64,000 nucleotides of DNA from an uncultured Mycoplasmatota bacterium (GTDB lineage Bacteria; Bacillota_I; Bacilli_A; RF39; UBA660). The position numbers and the translations under genes are program-made. Numbering within the stretch: position 1 is the stretch's first letter; the number at the start of each line of letters is the position of its first letter. The notes under the pieces were generated by a model. That model saw only the letters and a list, made by a program, of their open reading frames with translations, made no database searches and was not told where the DNA came from. This document shows, in pieces, positions 35,936 through 46,253 of the stretch. The DNA lies in assembly GCA_900545005.1 (NCBI GenBank), contig UQXO01000004.1, positions 13,661 to 77,660 on the forward strand, read 5' to 3'.

Positions 35936-37699
35936 TTAATTCGTATGAATTTTCCATCTTTCATTAACATTACAGTTCGTTGAATATGGCATTGGATTAG
36001 GCATCTCTAATTTAATTATCATTGGTAATTTGAAAGCTCCTCCAAAGCCAACACAATTACCTGGTTGTAAAACTTTTTGTTTTTCAATAACATCTTGACT
36101 AATATTAGGAAGCATTGTTCTAATATATTCAATATCTTTAGGATGGGTCATTTTAAATATTAAGAAGTTACTACACTGTGAAATAACCGTATCACTAATT
36201 TCAACTGGTCTCTGAGAAATAATATTTAATAAGACTCCATATTTTCTACCTTCTTTAGCAATTCTTTCAAAGATATTATATCCTAAAAGAAAAGTATCAG
36301 CATCTTTAGAAACATAACGGTGAGCTTCTTCTAAGAATAAATGAAAAGGTATACTAGCTCTTTGGGTACGTGATTTAGCAAACTCAAAGAACATACGAGC
36401 ATATATTTTAACCAAAACCTTCGCATAAGTATCATCCATATCTTCAAGATTAATGTTTATTATCTGGGCTTTTTTTCTATTAGGAGTTGCTACTAAAGAA
36501 GCAATATACTGGTCTAAAGTAATATAATTAGGATAATTAAAATAAGTCCCAACATTACTATTTAAAATTGAATTCAACCTAACTTTTAAAATACTAGCAT
36601 CATCTCTAATGGCTTCATTATGTAAAAAGCCTTCACTAATCAAAGTAAATTCTAAGGCACTAGCAAAATCTTTTAAAGTATAATAAACTGGTTTTGCAGA
36701 AATTTTACCTTCTAAATCATCATTAATAAACTTTAAGATATACTCATTAATTAAGACTGATTCTCCAAAATTTCCATGCGAATCTATTTCAAAACAATCA
36801 CTAAATTTCCTTGTATACCCTACTCCTGGAATATCCGTATCAAAGTTAAACTCCTTAGTATGGCATACCTGAATAACTTGAAAAACTTCATTCTTCTTCT
36901 CTTTAGTAGTTTCATTACTAAAAAGAATAGCCAATAATGCTTTCGCAATTAAATGATTCTTATACATTGTTGCCTCATCTGAGACATCCGCAAATACCTT
37001 AGCTAACTTTAAGGCTCTTTCAATAATAGGAATTTGCGTATGACTAGAAACTTGTAGTAACAAAGTCATATCATCTAAAGTTAATAAATGAACAGGTATT
37101 GATAGTCTTTGATCAGTAGCCTCCGTAGGATTTGTAGTAATAAACTTATAACTATAATTTGGATTTAATTCATTTAACTTTGAGAAAGCCGTTTTATATT
37201 CACCATAAGCATCAAAGATAAATATATTGGCATTATAAGCAATAAACTCTGGGTTTGAAAATAAATTCTGAACCATTCTGGCAACCCCACACGATTTACC
37301 AGAACCTGAGTTACCAAATATTGCCATATGATTTGATAAGAGATCATTTATATCAACATAAACAGTATGTCCTTTATAAATAGCTGATTGGCCTAAAATA
37401 AAGGTTTTATCACTATAAGAACCCATTAAACTCTGTAATTCTTCATCGTTTATTTGTCTTATTTTTGATGATAAGACTGGTTTCCTAATAACCCCACTAA
37501 TATATTTATTTCCAATAAATTCTCCTAAAAACCTTATTTTAATAATCTCATCATTAACTTCTTCTACTTCCCCTAAAATTCTTTGATTTTCCGCTTCAAA
37601 GACAACATTATTATTCATTAAGTCAACATCTTGACCAGGTTGGATAAGGGATTCAACATGAGCTTCTCCCTCTGTTATATATTTAATTTTTCCAAACAT
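35936..37699 (-). CDS. HerA/FtsK-superfamily ATPase (DUF87-type) with an N-terminal barrel-like domain
   Basis: The Walker A motif is FGNSGSGKSCGVARM and the Walker B-like motif is HLFLEEAHRY. The ~100-aa N-terminus (KIKYITEGEAHV...EVEEVNDEIIKIRF) resembles a HAS barrel. AAAGGAGA serves as the SD. Confidence 0.7.
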   Translation of the reverse strand: MFGKIKYITEGEAHVESLIQPGQDVDLMNNNVVFEAENQRILGEVEEVNDEIIKIRFLGEFIGNKYISGVIRKPVLSSKIRQINDEELQSLMGSYSDKTFILGQSAIYKGHTVYVDINDLLSNHMAIFGNSGSGKSCGVARMVQNLFSNPEFIAYNANIFIFDAYGEYKTAFSKLNELNPNYSYKFITTNPTEATDQRLSIPVHLLTLDDMTLLLQVSSHTQIPIIERALKLAKVFADVSDEATMYKNHLIAKALLAILFSNETTKEKKNEVFQVIQVCHTKEFNFDTDIPGVGYTRKFSDCFEIDSHGNFGESVLINEYILKFINDDLEGKISAKPVYYTLKDFASALEFTLISEGFLHNEAIRDDASILKVRLNSILNSNVGTYFNYPNYITLDQYIASLVATPNRKKAQIININLEDMDDTYAKVLVKIYARMFFEFAKSRTQRASIPFHLFLEEAHRYVSKDADTFLLGYNIFERIAKEGRKYGVLLNIISQRPVEISDTVISQCSNFLIFKMTHPKDIEYIRTMLPNISQDVIEKQKVLQPGNCVGFGGAFKLPMIIKLEMPNPMPYSTNCNVNERWKIHTN

Positions 37700-37784
37700 C
37701 TTTATTCTCCTTTATTCTTCTTATAAATAAATTATATCATTTACCTCTTAAAAGATAAACTTTTTTAAGCAATTTTTTATTTTT

Positions 37785-37812
37785 CCAAAATAAAACGACT
37801 ACTATGGTAGCC
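37785..37812 (-). terminator. Terminator upstream of the HerA-like gene (after the glucosaminidase-like gene)
   Basis: The minus-strand hairpin ggctac-cata-gtagtc is followed by gttttatttt. The HerA-like gene then has its own TGaTATAAT element (-10 at 37731-37736). Confidence 0.5.
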
Positions 37813-37820
37813 ATTTTACA

Positions 37821-38633
37821 CTATAGGTTTAATAATTTTTCAACCGAAGTAATCTTAACTTCACTACTAAATTTATTACGATAGCTATTAACATTACTTA
37901 CCCAAGTTGGATTAGCCATCTTAACTCCATCAACTATTAATGGATTATATTTATAGCCAATCTGTTCAACCGTTTGTAAGCCTTGATCAAAGTAACTACT
38001 CTTAAGAAGCATAACATATTTATAAACACCATATTCAATAGATGGATAAGTAGTTAATCTTCCATTACTCATACCTCCAAAGATATTATTTTTATTTAAC
38101 ATACTTTGAGCCCCTAAATTACCTGTTTCAATCCAAGTAATAGCCTTTGCTGTCTTTAAATCAACACTTGGGTTTAAAGACACAAAATATTCAATTAGAT
38201 TATAAATATATTCTTTTGAACAATCTTTATAAGAATAATTTCTTTTAAATAATTCACTCTTATTACTCTCTAAAGCGACAATAAACTCTAATAAAGCCGC
38301 ATCAAAAGAAGCTTTATTATTCCCTGTTTGTAATAAATCTAATTCATTAAAACTAGTCTTATTAGCACTTCTTATTTCACTAAGCAAAGTATTATAATCA
38401 ATTCCAAACATCATCGCATAAAATTCATAAGTCTTCTCTTTAGCCGTAATATTTTCATTTATTTTATTTTCCGCAATATCTTCAAGAGTCAATGTCTTAT
38501 AAGTATCAATATTTGGTACAACAACAATACTTTCATAAGTTTTATTCTTCTTCATATTTAAAGTTATAGGGATTATAATTGTAATTACTGATATAAATCC
38601 TATCAGGAAAATACTAATTACTTTCTTTTTCAT
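37821..38633 (-). CDS. Membrane-anchored glucosaminidase (LytD/FlgJ-type, PF01832-like) domain protein
   Basis: It has an N-terminal TM helix. The motif WIETGNLGAQSMLNKNNIFGG matches E-S/T-G...NN.FG. AGGAGG serves as the SD. Confidence 0.6.
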   Translation of the reverse strand: MKKKVISIFLIGFISVITIIIPITLNMKKNKTYESIVVVPNIDTYKTLTLEDIAENKINENITAKEKTYEFYAMMFGIDYNTLLSEIRSANKTSFNELDLLQTGNNKASFDAALLEFIVALESNKSELFKRNYSYKDCSKEYIYNLIEYFVSLNPSVDLKTAKAITWIETGNLGAQSMLNKNNIFGGMSNGRLTTYPSIEYGVYKYVMLLKSSYFDQGLQTVEQIGYKYNPLIVDGVKMANPTWVSNVNSYRNKFSSEVKITSVEKLLNL

Positions 38634-38690
38634 TTAAGACCTCCTAGTCTTATTATTTACCCATAATTTATTCTTTCATACCTAAATATG

Positions 38691-40118
38691 TTATTTTTCT
38701 AATTCTTCTTTTAAGATTTGTTTTGTCATAACTGGATTAGCTTTTCCTTTAGTTTGCTTCATCACTTGGCCAACAAAATAATCAAAAAGATTAGTACGTC
38801 CATTTAAGTAAGCTATCCTTTGCTCTTCATTATTCTTAATAATATCTATTATCATTGTTCTTAAAACTAATTCATCAGATATCTGAGCATTTTCTTTAGA
38901 AATAAATTCTTTAGGTTCTTTTTTAGATTCTAAAGCCTTACTAAATACTTCTTTAGCTTGTTTATTCGATAAAGTTTTATCTTTAATAGCATCCGTTATC
39001 TGTCTTAACATCTCTGGAGTAATAAAGAAGTCTTTAATACTACTATTGTCTTTATTCAATTCGGTTACAATATTAACTGTTATCCAGTTTGCCGCCATCT
39101 TAGAATCTATACCTATTATAACACACTTTTCAAAGTAATCCGCAATATTTCTATCCTTAATAAGAATACTAGCATCATACTCATTAAGTCCTAAGTCATT
39201 AGTATACCTTTTTAAACGCTCTAGAGGAAGTTTAGGTATCTCATTGATTAATTCCTCTATCCAAGACTTATCAAGCTTATAAGGCGGAATATTAGGGTCT
39301 AAGAAGTACTTATAATCAATAGCATCTTCTTTCGTACGCATTCTAATAGTCGTATTAGTATCCTCGTCAAATCTTCTCGTCTCTTGAATTAACTCTTCCC
39401 CAGTATCTAAAGCATTTCTTTGTCTTTCTTCCTCATACTTAATAGCAGCCTCAATATTCTGAAAACCATTAACATTCTTAATTTCTACTCTAGGCGTAAC
39501 ATACTCTCCTAAATTATTCTTTAGATTAATATTAACATCACATCTAATTTGACCCTTTTTCGTATCCGCATCTGATATATCAGTATAACGATAACAATCA
39601 CGAATATATTCTAAAAAAGCAATAACTTCTTTACTAGAATGAAAACAAGGTTCTGTAACAATTTCCAAAAGTGGTACCCCAGCTCGGTTATAATCAATTG
39701 TTGTCATCTTCGCAAAATGATCTAAACTAGCTGAATCTTCTTCTAAATGGATATCATGAATTAAAACCTCAATTGTCTTATCATCAACTGGTATTTCTAA
39801 TTTACCATTTACCCCTACCGGATTAGTACACTGCGTAATCTGATATCCTTTAGGTAAATCGGGATAATAATAATTCTTACGATCAAACTGCATAACCTTG
39901 GCAATCTTACAATTTAAAATATGAGCCATCTTAATCGCATGAGCAATACATTTCTTATTAACAATTGGTAAAGTCCCAGGAAATGCCATATCAACCGGAG
40001 AAACATAGACATTAGCCGTATCACTAAAACCATTTATTCCTTTAGAAAAAGCTTTAGCATGACTTTTTAACTCGCAGTGCATTTCAATTCCCACTACTAG
40101 TTGCAAATCCTTATTCAT
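38691..40118 (-). CDS. gatB: Asp/Glu-tRNA amidotransferase subunit B
   Basis: VVGIEMHCELKS and DRKNYYYPDLPKGYQITQ are present. The protein is 475 aa. Confidence 0.95.
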   Translation of the reverse strand: MNKDLQLVVGIEMHCELKSHAKAFSKGINGFSDTANVYVSPVDMAFPGTLPIVNKKCIAHAIKMAHILNCKIAKVMQFDRKNYYYPDLPKGYQITQCTNPVGVNGKLEIPVDDKTIEVLIHDIHLEEDSASLDHFAKMTTIDYNRAGVPLLEIVTEPCFHSSKEVIAFLEYIRDCYRYTDISDADTKKGQIRCDVNINLKNNLGEYVTPRVEIKNVNGFQNIEAAIKYEEERQRNALDTGEELIQETRRFDEDTNTTIRMRTKEDAIDYKYFLDPNIPPYKLDKSWIEELINEIPKLPLERLKRYTNDLGLNEYDASILIKDRNIADYFEKCVIIGIDSKMAANWITVNIVTELNKDNSSIKDFFITPEMLRQITDAIKDKTLSNKQAKEVFSKALESKKEPKEFISKENAQISDELVLRTMIIDIIKNNEEQRIAYLNGRTNLFDYFVGQVMKQTKGKANPVMTKQILKEELEK

Positions 40119-41583
40119 ATGAAACCTCCTTTGCTATTTGATTCTTATAATTCATCGTTTTTTCAATCCCATAAGCAATATTTAAAACCGTCTGGTCATT
40201 ATAACAATCACCAGTAATATTTAAACCAACTGGTAAATTATCTACAAATCCATCTGGTATTGTAATAGAAGGAAATCCTCCAAAGTTACCTATCTGTAGA
40301 TGTTCTTCTAATATTTTTGAACCACCAGCCAAAGTATTTTGCGACTTTTCTAAGAAAGGAGCCGGACCACTACCAACTGGTAAAATAACCGCATCATAGT
40401 CTTTAAATAATTCTTTCCATTTATTAACAATTAATCTGCGAACCCGTTTAGCATTATTAAAGTATTTATCTTGGTTTTCTCTTTGTAGTACATAAGAGCC
40501 AATAACAAATCTTCTCTTAATTAGTGGAGAAAAACCCTTAGTACGATGGTCTTTCATGGCTTCATAAATATTATTAGCACATCCTCTTGGTCCAAAGTTA
40601 ATGCCCGTCAAGTTGGACATGTTAGATGTTGCTTCTGCACAAGATATTACTACATAACAAGATGCTACCGCATCCAGTAAAGTCTTATCAACACTAACTT
40701 CATCAACCGTAATTCCTCTATTTCTTAAATCATTAACTTTATCCATAAAATTATTTAAATGAGTTTTTAACTCCTCACTTGGCGTCTCATAATTATCTAA
40801 AGATACTATTTCTTTAACATAACATAATCTTCTAGTCTTTAAATCATCCTTTAAGTTTTCATATAAATGCATATTACTACTATCCCAAGAAGTCATATCC
40901 TTTTCATCTTGACCCTTAATTACATCCGTAACAATCGCAGCATCAGCTACATTTCTTGTTAAAACGCCACAATGGTCTAAACTAGAAGCAAAAGGAAACA
41001 AGCCATATCTAGAAATCATCCCGTAAGTAGGTTTATAGCCAACTATACCACAATAAGCAGCTGGTTTACGAATAGAATCTCCTGTATCGCTTCCTAAAGC
41101 GTAAGGATAAACCCCTGCTGCCACGGCCGCCGCTGATCCACTTGATGAACCCGCACACATTCTTCTAGTATCCCAAGGATTTCTAATGATACCAGTTTTA
41201 GCTGTCGTACCAGTACCACCCATACCAAACTCATCCATGGCCGTTTTATTAGTAGCAACCGCCCCAACCTTCTTTAGTTTTTCAATAACAGTCGCATCAA
41301 AGAAAGGAATATAACCAGTTAAAGTATTACTAGAGGCACAAGATTCAATATCTTTTGTTGAATAATTATCCTTAATTCCATAAGGAATCCCACTAAGTAA
41401 ATTATCTGTAACTTTACTACCTTTAGCATCATCTAAAATAAGAGCAAAAGCATTACATTTATCTTCAATTTCCTTCGACTTTTCTAAAGATTCACCAACT
41501 AATTCCTCAGAAGTAATTTCTCCCTTAATAAGCATTTCATGTAATTTTTTAATATCTAATTCATTATGCATTTTCACCAACAA
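40111..41583 (-). CDS. gatA: Asp/Glu-tRNA amidotransferase subunit A
   Basis: The amidase signature GGSSGGSAAAVAAG-like sequence (AGSSSGSAAAVAAG) is present, followed by GSDTGDSIRKPA. Confidence 0.95.
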   Translation of the reverse strand: MLVKMHNELDIKKLHEMLIKGEITSEELVGESLEKSKEIEDKCNAFALILDDAKGSKVTDNLLSGIPYGIKDNYSTKDIESCASSNTLTGYIPFFDATVIEKLKKVGAVATNKTAMDEFGMGGTGTTAKTGIIRNPWDTRRMCAGSSSGSAAAVAAGVYPYALGSDTGDSIRKPAAYCGIVGYKPTYGMISRYGLFPFASSLDHCGVLTRNVADAAIVTDVIKGQDEKDMTSWDSSNMHLYENLKDDLKTRRLCYVKEIVSLDNYETPSEELKTHLNNFMDKVNDLRNRGITVDEVSVDKTLLDAVASCYVVISCAEATSNMSNLTGINFGPRGCANNIYEAMKDHRTKGFSPLIKRRFVIGSYVLQRENQDKYFNNAKRVRRLIVNKWKELFKDYDAVILPVGSGPAPFLEKSQNTLAGGSKILEEHLQIGNFGGFPSITIPDGFVDNLPVGLNITGDCYNDQTVLNIAYGIEKTMNYKNQIAKEVSYE

Positions 41584-41869
41584 CCTTTACTACTTCAACT
41601 TCTCTGCCAACAGTCTTTCCACTATTCCGAAGTAACTCTTCAATTGGTACGGTCTCTTCTACTTCATCATTATTTAAATGACTCCCCATATCATCTAAGC
41701 AATAACTCATTGGTTTAACATCTTTAATATTAGGAATTTCATTAATAATATTAATATTTCTATCTATCTCTTGAAATTCATCTAAAACCATCTTATTTTC
41801 TTCTGCCGTTAAACCAATAAGTAACTTATCAGCATAACTATCAACCATTTCTTTTGTAAAATGTTTCAT
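41564..41869 (-). CDS. gatC: Asp/Glu-tRNA amidotransferase subunit C
   Basis: The protein is 101 aa and sits directly upstream of gatA, overlapping it. LIGLTAEENKMVLDEFQEI is present. Confidence 0.85.
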   Translation of the reverse strand: MKHFTKEMVDSYADKLLIGLTAEENKMVLDEFQEIDRNINIINEIPNIKDVKPMSYCLDDMGSHLNNDEVEETVPIEELLRNSGKTVGREVEVVKVVGENA

Positions 41870-41877
41870 ATCATCAC

Positions 41878-43143
41878 CTACATATTCATATTGATATAAT
41901 CAACTAATTCATCTTCATTAATTGTTACTTCTTCTTTTGTAACATTATCTTTAATCTTAATCATCTTCTTATTGATATCCTCATCATTAAGAATAATTAA
42001 GAACTTAGCATTTAATCTATCAGCTTGTTTAAACTGAGCTTTAAGACTTCTTCCCATATTTTCCATTTCAATATCAAAACCACTTAATCTTAAAGTTTGA
42101 CAAATATTAACAGCATAATCTTTTTCCGTATCAGAAACATACATAATATAAACATCAACCCAATTCTTAATTGGTAGTTCAATATCTTCTTTTTCTAAAG
42201 CAAGCATTAATCTATCTAAACCACATGCAAAGCCAATTGCTGGCGTACTTGGTCCTCCAAGGGTTTCAATCATTCCATTATATCTGCCCCCAGCAGCCAA
42301 AGTACTTTGACTACCCATAGTATCAATATCCGCCATTATTTCAAACACCGTGTGATTGTAATAATCTAAGCCTCTAACAATCTTTGGATTAACCTCATAA
42401 GGAATATCCATAATCTCTAAATAATGTTTAACATCAAGAAATCTCTTCTTAGCCTCGCTAGTTAGATAATCAATTGTTTTCGGAGCCTTCTTAATAATCT
42501 CATTATCCCCATCAACCTTACAATCTAATATTCTTAAAGGATTTTTTTCTAATCTTACTTTACAATCATCACATAACTCATTAATGTGTGGTTTTAAATA
42601 ATTAATTAAAGCCTCACGATAATTCTCTCTTGATTCCTTATCTCCCAAAGAATTAAGCTCTACTTTAACATTACGAAGTCCCAAAGTCTTAAATAGATTT
42701 ACCGGAATAGAAATAATCTCTGCATCAATATAAGCATCATCACAACCAATTGCTTCACAACCAAATTGACTAAATTCTCTTAGTCTCCCACTTTGGGGTC
42801 TTTCATAACGATACATTGGTTCTATATAGAAGAATTTAACGGGTTGAGTAGCACCACCATACATCTTATTTTCAATATAACTTCTAACAACCCCCGCCGT
42901 TCCTTCCGGTCTTAAAGTAATATTTCTTTCTCCTCGGTCCTTAAAATCATAAGTTTCTTTAGTTACAATATCCGTTGTTTCTCCTACACCACGGTGAAAT
43001 AGTTCCGTGGCTTCAAAAACAGGAGTTCTAATCCAACCATAATTATAAGTTTGACATAAGTCCTTAATTAAACTTTCTACATATTGCCACTTAAGGGCAT
43101 CAGTTCCAAAAATATCAACTGTTCCTTTTTGTTTAAGTATCAT
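41878..43143 (-). CDS. hisS: Histidine--tRNA ligase
   Basis: KGTVDIFG, LRPEGTAGVVR, YRYERPQSGRLREFSQFG and GGRYNGM are present. The ATG at 43143 follows GAAGAGGA. The track start at 43179 would add 12 atypical residues. Confidence 0.93.
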   Translation of the reverse strand: MILKQKGTVDIFGTDALKWQYVESLIKDLCQTYNYGWIRTPVFEATELFHRGVGETTDIVTKETYDFKDRGERNITLRPEGTAGVVRSYIENKMYGGATQPVKFFYIEPMYRYERPQSGRLREFSQFGCEAIGCDDAYIDAEIISIPVNLFKTLGLRNVKVELNSLGDKESRENYREALINYLKPHINELCDDCKVRLEKNPLRILDCKVDGDNEIIKKAPKTIDYLTSEAKKRFLDVKHYLEIMDIPYEVNPKIVRGLDYYNHTVFEIMADIDTMGSQSTLAAGGRYNGMIETLGGPSTPAIGFACGLDRLMLALEKEDIELPIKNWVDVYIMYVSDTEKDYAVNICQTLRLSGFDIEMENMGRSLKAQFKQADRLNAKFLIILNDEDINKKMIKIKDNVTKEEVTINEDELVDYINMNM

Positions 43144-43266
43144 ATTTATCCTCTTCTCTAAAAGTAAAATTCTAGTCATTACATACTAGAATTACTACTA
43201 CATAACAATTTATTTATCAAATATTATAATAACTTTCTATTTTTTAGTCAATTATTCCGACTATTT

Positions 43267-44469
43267 TTATTTAATTTTAGTCTGATTTGCTAAAGCCTTC
43301 TTTAAAAATATATCGTAGTCATTTATAAAATCAGTAAGAGTTTCTGTGTATTCTTCATCTAACTCTAAAAATTTTGGTTTAAAGAAGTCTTTATCATATT
43401 TTAATAATTCCTTCTTTTCATTAATTCCTACCATTTTTTCTTTATCATCATCTAAATACCAATAGGTCTTCGCAAATATTGGTTGTTGAGTAGTATTTGT
43501 TAAAACCGGTGGCCTTAGAACATTGCCAAAGCAATTAATTGGTGTACCTATTTGTTCGCCCACCACTTTACTACCTATCATCTGCATAGCAACACAAGCA
43601 AAGCGTCCACTAGAAAACACACCTTTATCAACGATAGTAACAAGTTCTAAATTGGTATTTTTTAAGTATTCAATAAGGGGCTTTATAATAGCAGAAGCCC
43701 CACCACCATTACCACGCAAATCCAAAACAAATTTTGTAATATTTTGATTTTTAGTTTCTCTATCAAGTACTTTAAGTAAGCTATCTATAACTGGAATATA
43801 ATATGGATGACAACTTTGGTATGTAAATATCAAAGCCTTATCTTGAATATAAAAGTTTGGCTTAGTATCCTTTCTTTTTAAAAGACATTCTTTTAAACTA
43901 TTTTTAGTATCAATAGATAACATTCCTTTATCAGTTTCAACTTTTAACAGTAAATTATCCCGTTTAAAACTAGGTAAACTATATAAAACTTCTAGAATAT
44001 TAAAGTTATTTTCTATCATAGCATATAGATGATTATAAGTTGCATAACTAACACATTTTTCATATTCATCAAGTAATTTTTCAACTAAAATGCCATTTAT
44101 CTTTAAAACCTTAGCTTTTCTAATTTTAGCATCTAAAGAATAGTCTATAAAAAGTCCCAAACCATTTATCCATTTTAGTTTATAAGGTAAAGGTGTTACC
44201 TTATAAAATGCTAAATGTGTATGACTATCTAAATACCCATTCATGTATTTTATTAAAACATTCATATAATAATTGAAAGTATAATCATCAAGTATTTTTT
44301 CATCTAATTGTAAACTAGCTATAAATTTTTTTAATTCTTCTGGACTATGAGATTGATAAAAATTTAAATGCCAATCCTCATTTGGATACTTACTATCAAC
44401 TAAAGTTCCTCTTGATAATTTAGTTAAATTAATAAATTCTTCTAAATCTTCTTTATATTGCTTTTGCAT
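43267..44469 (-). CDS. S41 family peptidase-like protein with no obvious signal peptide
   Basis: DLRGNGGGASAII matches the DLR.N.GG motif of the S41 catalytic domain, followed by SSGRFA. Confidence 0.6.
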   Translation of the reverse strand: MQKQYKEDLEEFINLTKLSRGTLVDSKYPNEDWHLNFYQSHSPEELKKFIASLQLDEKILDDYTFNYYMNVLIKYMNGYLDSHTHLAFYKVTPLPYKLKWINGLGLFIDYSLDAKIRKAKVLKINGILVEKLLDEYEKCVSYATYNHLYAMIENNFNILEVLYSLPSFKRDNLLLKVETDKGMLSIDTKNSLKECLLKRKDTKPNFYIQDKALIFTYQSCHPYYIPVIDSLLKVLDRETKNQNITKFVLDLRGNGGGASAIIKPLIEYLKNTNLELVTIVDKGVFSSGRFACVAMQMIGSKVVGEQIGTPINCFGNVLRPPVLTNTTQQPIFAKTYWYLDDDKEKMVGINEKKELLKYDKDFFKPKFLELDEEYTETLTDFINDYDIFLKKALANQTKIK

Positions 44470-44477
44470 ATACTTTT

Positions 44478-45806
44478 TTACTCTACCGTTTCTTTAACAT
44501 TTTCTCTAGTTCTAATAAATGAATAAGTAACACTATCAAAATAATATTCAGTAACATAATGTGTCTGTTCATTTGTCTTAGGAGTTGCTATTCTTAATTG
44601 ATTTCCCATAACATCAATACTAAAAGCTTTAATACCATTCCCATTATAATTATTAAAGTATAAAGGCATTTCCACATTCGTTAGACTATTACCATTAAAA
44701 TCACATAAATATAACTTATTATCTTTAACATAAAGAATAAACCCATTATGAAGTTCAATATAACTAATATTATCACTTAAGATACATTCTAAACTATTAG
44801 CATTATATAACTCATAGAAGACCCCCGTATTAGTAACATTCTTCGTCGTATAAAATATATTTGTCCCAAAAGAAATAATATCTTCAATTTTATTTGCAAT
44901 AACCTCACTTAAAGAATTACTACTAGCATCATAAATTTGATAACCACTATCACTCTTTAAGATATATTTCTTACTACTAAATTTAAAATTGATTCCATAA
45001 TACTGATAGTTTAAGACATTAGTAACTCGACCATTAATAACCTGATCTATTCCCCATAAACCATTCTTCTTAATAATATATTTAGAAGAATCAATAATTC
45101 CTTTTCCATTTTCTTGCTTAGAATAATGAATATCTTCATATTGCGCTAGTATTTGTTTATTCTTAATATCATAAAGTAATATTACACTAGTCTCATTCTC
45201 TAAACCTTTATTTTCATATTCTTTAATAAAAGCATATCTTTTATCGACAATATCCATCTTAATATCATACATTCCTGCTACTTCATCACTATATAGATAA
45301 GAAGTCGCTATCTCACAATCACTATCACTTAAAATACACTTATAAGTATCCAGAAGTTTACCACTATCATAAAGAAATAATACACCCTCGACTTTTTCTA
45401 GTTCATCTGGATTATCCGGAATATCATAACCAGATATCACTTTAGGAAGATTAGTATCTACCGTAGTAGCCGCATCATAATCTTGTCTAATTTTTTTCCA
45501 AAAAGGCACCATTTCCGTATCTAAAAGTGTTTCTCTATTATATTCTCTAAAGACCCATCCTAAACCATAACGTGAAACCACCGTCCCATCATTATAAGTT
45601 TTGGTTACTTCTTTAAAAGTTATTAAAGGCTTTTGCCCTTTCTTAAAACGTCCCTGGTCAATTAAAAATAATATCGTATATAAAGACACAATAGCAATAG
45701 TGCTAACAACTACTATTCTTCTAATTAGTAATTTCTTTTTTCTTAGAGCCTCTTTTTTAGCATACTCTTCTTCTTCATACATAGCTCCTGCTGAATCATT
45801 GTACAT
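44478..45806 (-). CDS. Membrane-anchored hypothetical protein with repeated beta-rich modules (possible WG-type repeats)
   Basis: A cytoplasmic acidic/basic N-terminus is followed by a TM helix (IVVVSTIAIVSLYTILFLI). Repeats contain KNGLWGIDQ and DKRYAFIKEY. AAGGAGGA serves as the SD. Confidence 0.5.
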   Translation of the reverse strand: MYNDSAGAMYEEEEYAKKEALRKKKLLIRRIVVVSTIAIVSLYTILFLIDQGRFKKGQKPLITFKEVTKTYNDGTVVSRYGLGWVFREYNRETLLDTEMVPFWKKIRQDYDAATTVDTNLPKVISGYDIPDNPDELEKVEGVLFLYDSGKLLDTYKCILSDSDCEIATSYLYSDEVAGMYDIKMDIVDKRYAFIKEYENKGLENETSVILLYDIKNKQILAQYEDIHYSKQENGKGIIDSSKYIIKKNGLWGIDQVINGRVTNVLNYQYYGINFKFSSKKYILKSDSGYQIYDASSNSLSEVIANKIEDIISFGTNIFYTTKNVTNTGVFYELYNANSLECILSDNISYIELHNGFILYVKDNKLYLCDFNGNSLTNVEMPLYFNNYNGNGIKAFSIDVMGNQLRIATPKTNEQTHYVTEYYFDSVTYSFIRTRENVKETVE

Positions 45807-45815
45807 AAATCCTCC

Positions 45816-46253
45816 TTATTCTTTTTCAAGTAAAATCGTTGTTGGTCCCATATTAACTAAGCTAACTTCCATATCAGCCCCAAATCTTCCTGTTTCCACC
45901 GGCACAAATTCTCTTAACTTAGTATTAAACTTTTCATACAAAGGTTCGGCCACATAATTCTTAGCTGCTTTAATATAACTAGGTCGATTACCATTAGTAG
46001 CATCCCCATATAAGGTGAATTGAGAAATACTTAAAATTTTTCCATTATAATCTAAGATACTTTTATTCATAATTCCCTTTTCATCCGGAAATATTCGTAA
46101 ATTAACAATCTTTTTGACCATATAATCAATTATTTTTTCCGTATCAGTCTGTGTAAAACCTACTAACAAAACTAAACCTTCATTAATATTGCCAACAACC
46201 TTTTCATCTACTTTTACCGAAGCATTTTTAGCTCTTTGAACAACTACTTTCAT
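45816..46253 (-). CDS. dtd: D-aminoacyl-tRNA deacylase
   Basis: MKVVVQRAKNASVKVD...GLVLLVGF...SQFTLYGD...GNRPSY is present. Confidence 0.93.
   Translation of the reverse strand: MKVVVQRAKNASVKVDEKVVGNINEGLVLLVGFTQTDTEKIIDYMVKKIVNLRIFPDEKGIMNKSILDYNGKILSISQFTLYGDATNGNRPSYIKAAKNYVAEPLYEKFNTKLREFVPVETGRFGADMEVSLVNMGPTTILLEKE

Noticed and set aside
43144-43266. A possible T-box leader upstream of hisS.
   Set aside because: The region is only ~120 nt and AT-rich. It has no specifier-loop/T-box (AGGGUGGNACCGCG-like) sequence and no terminator/antiterminator pair.
45601-45957. A 118-aa plus-strand ORF spanning the junction of the 442-aa gene and dtd.
   Set aside because: It is antisense to two well-supported genes and crosses their intergenic SD. 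It has no start context.
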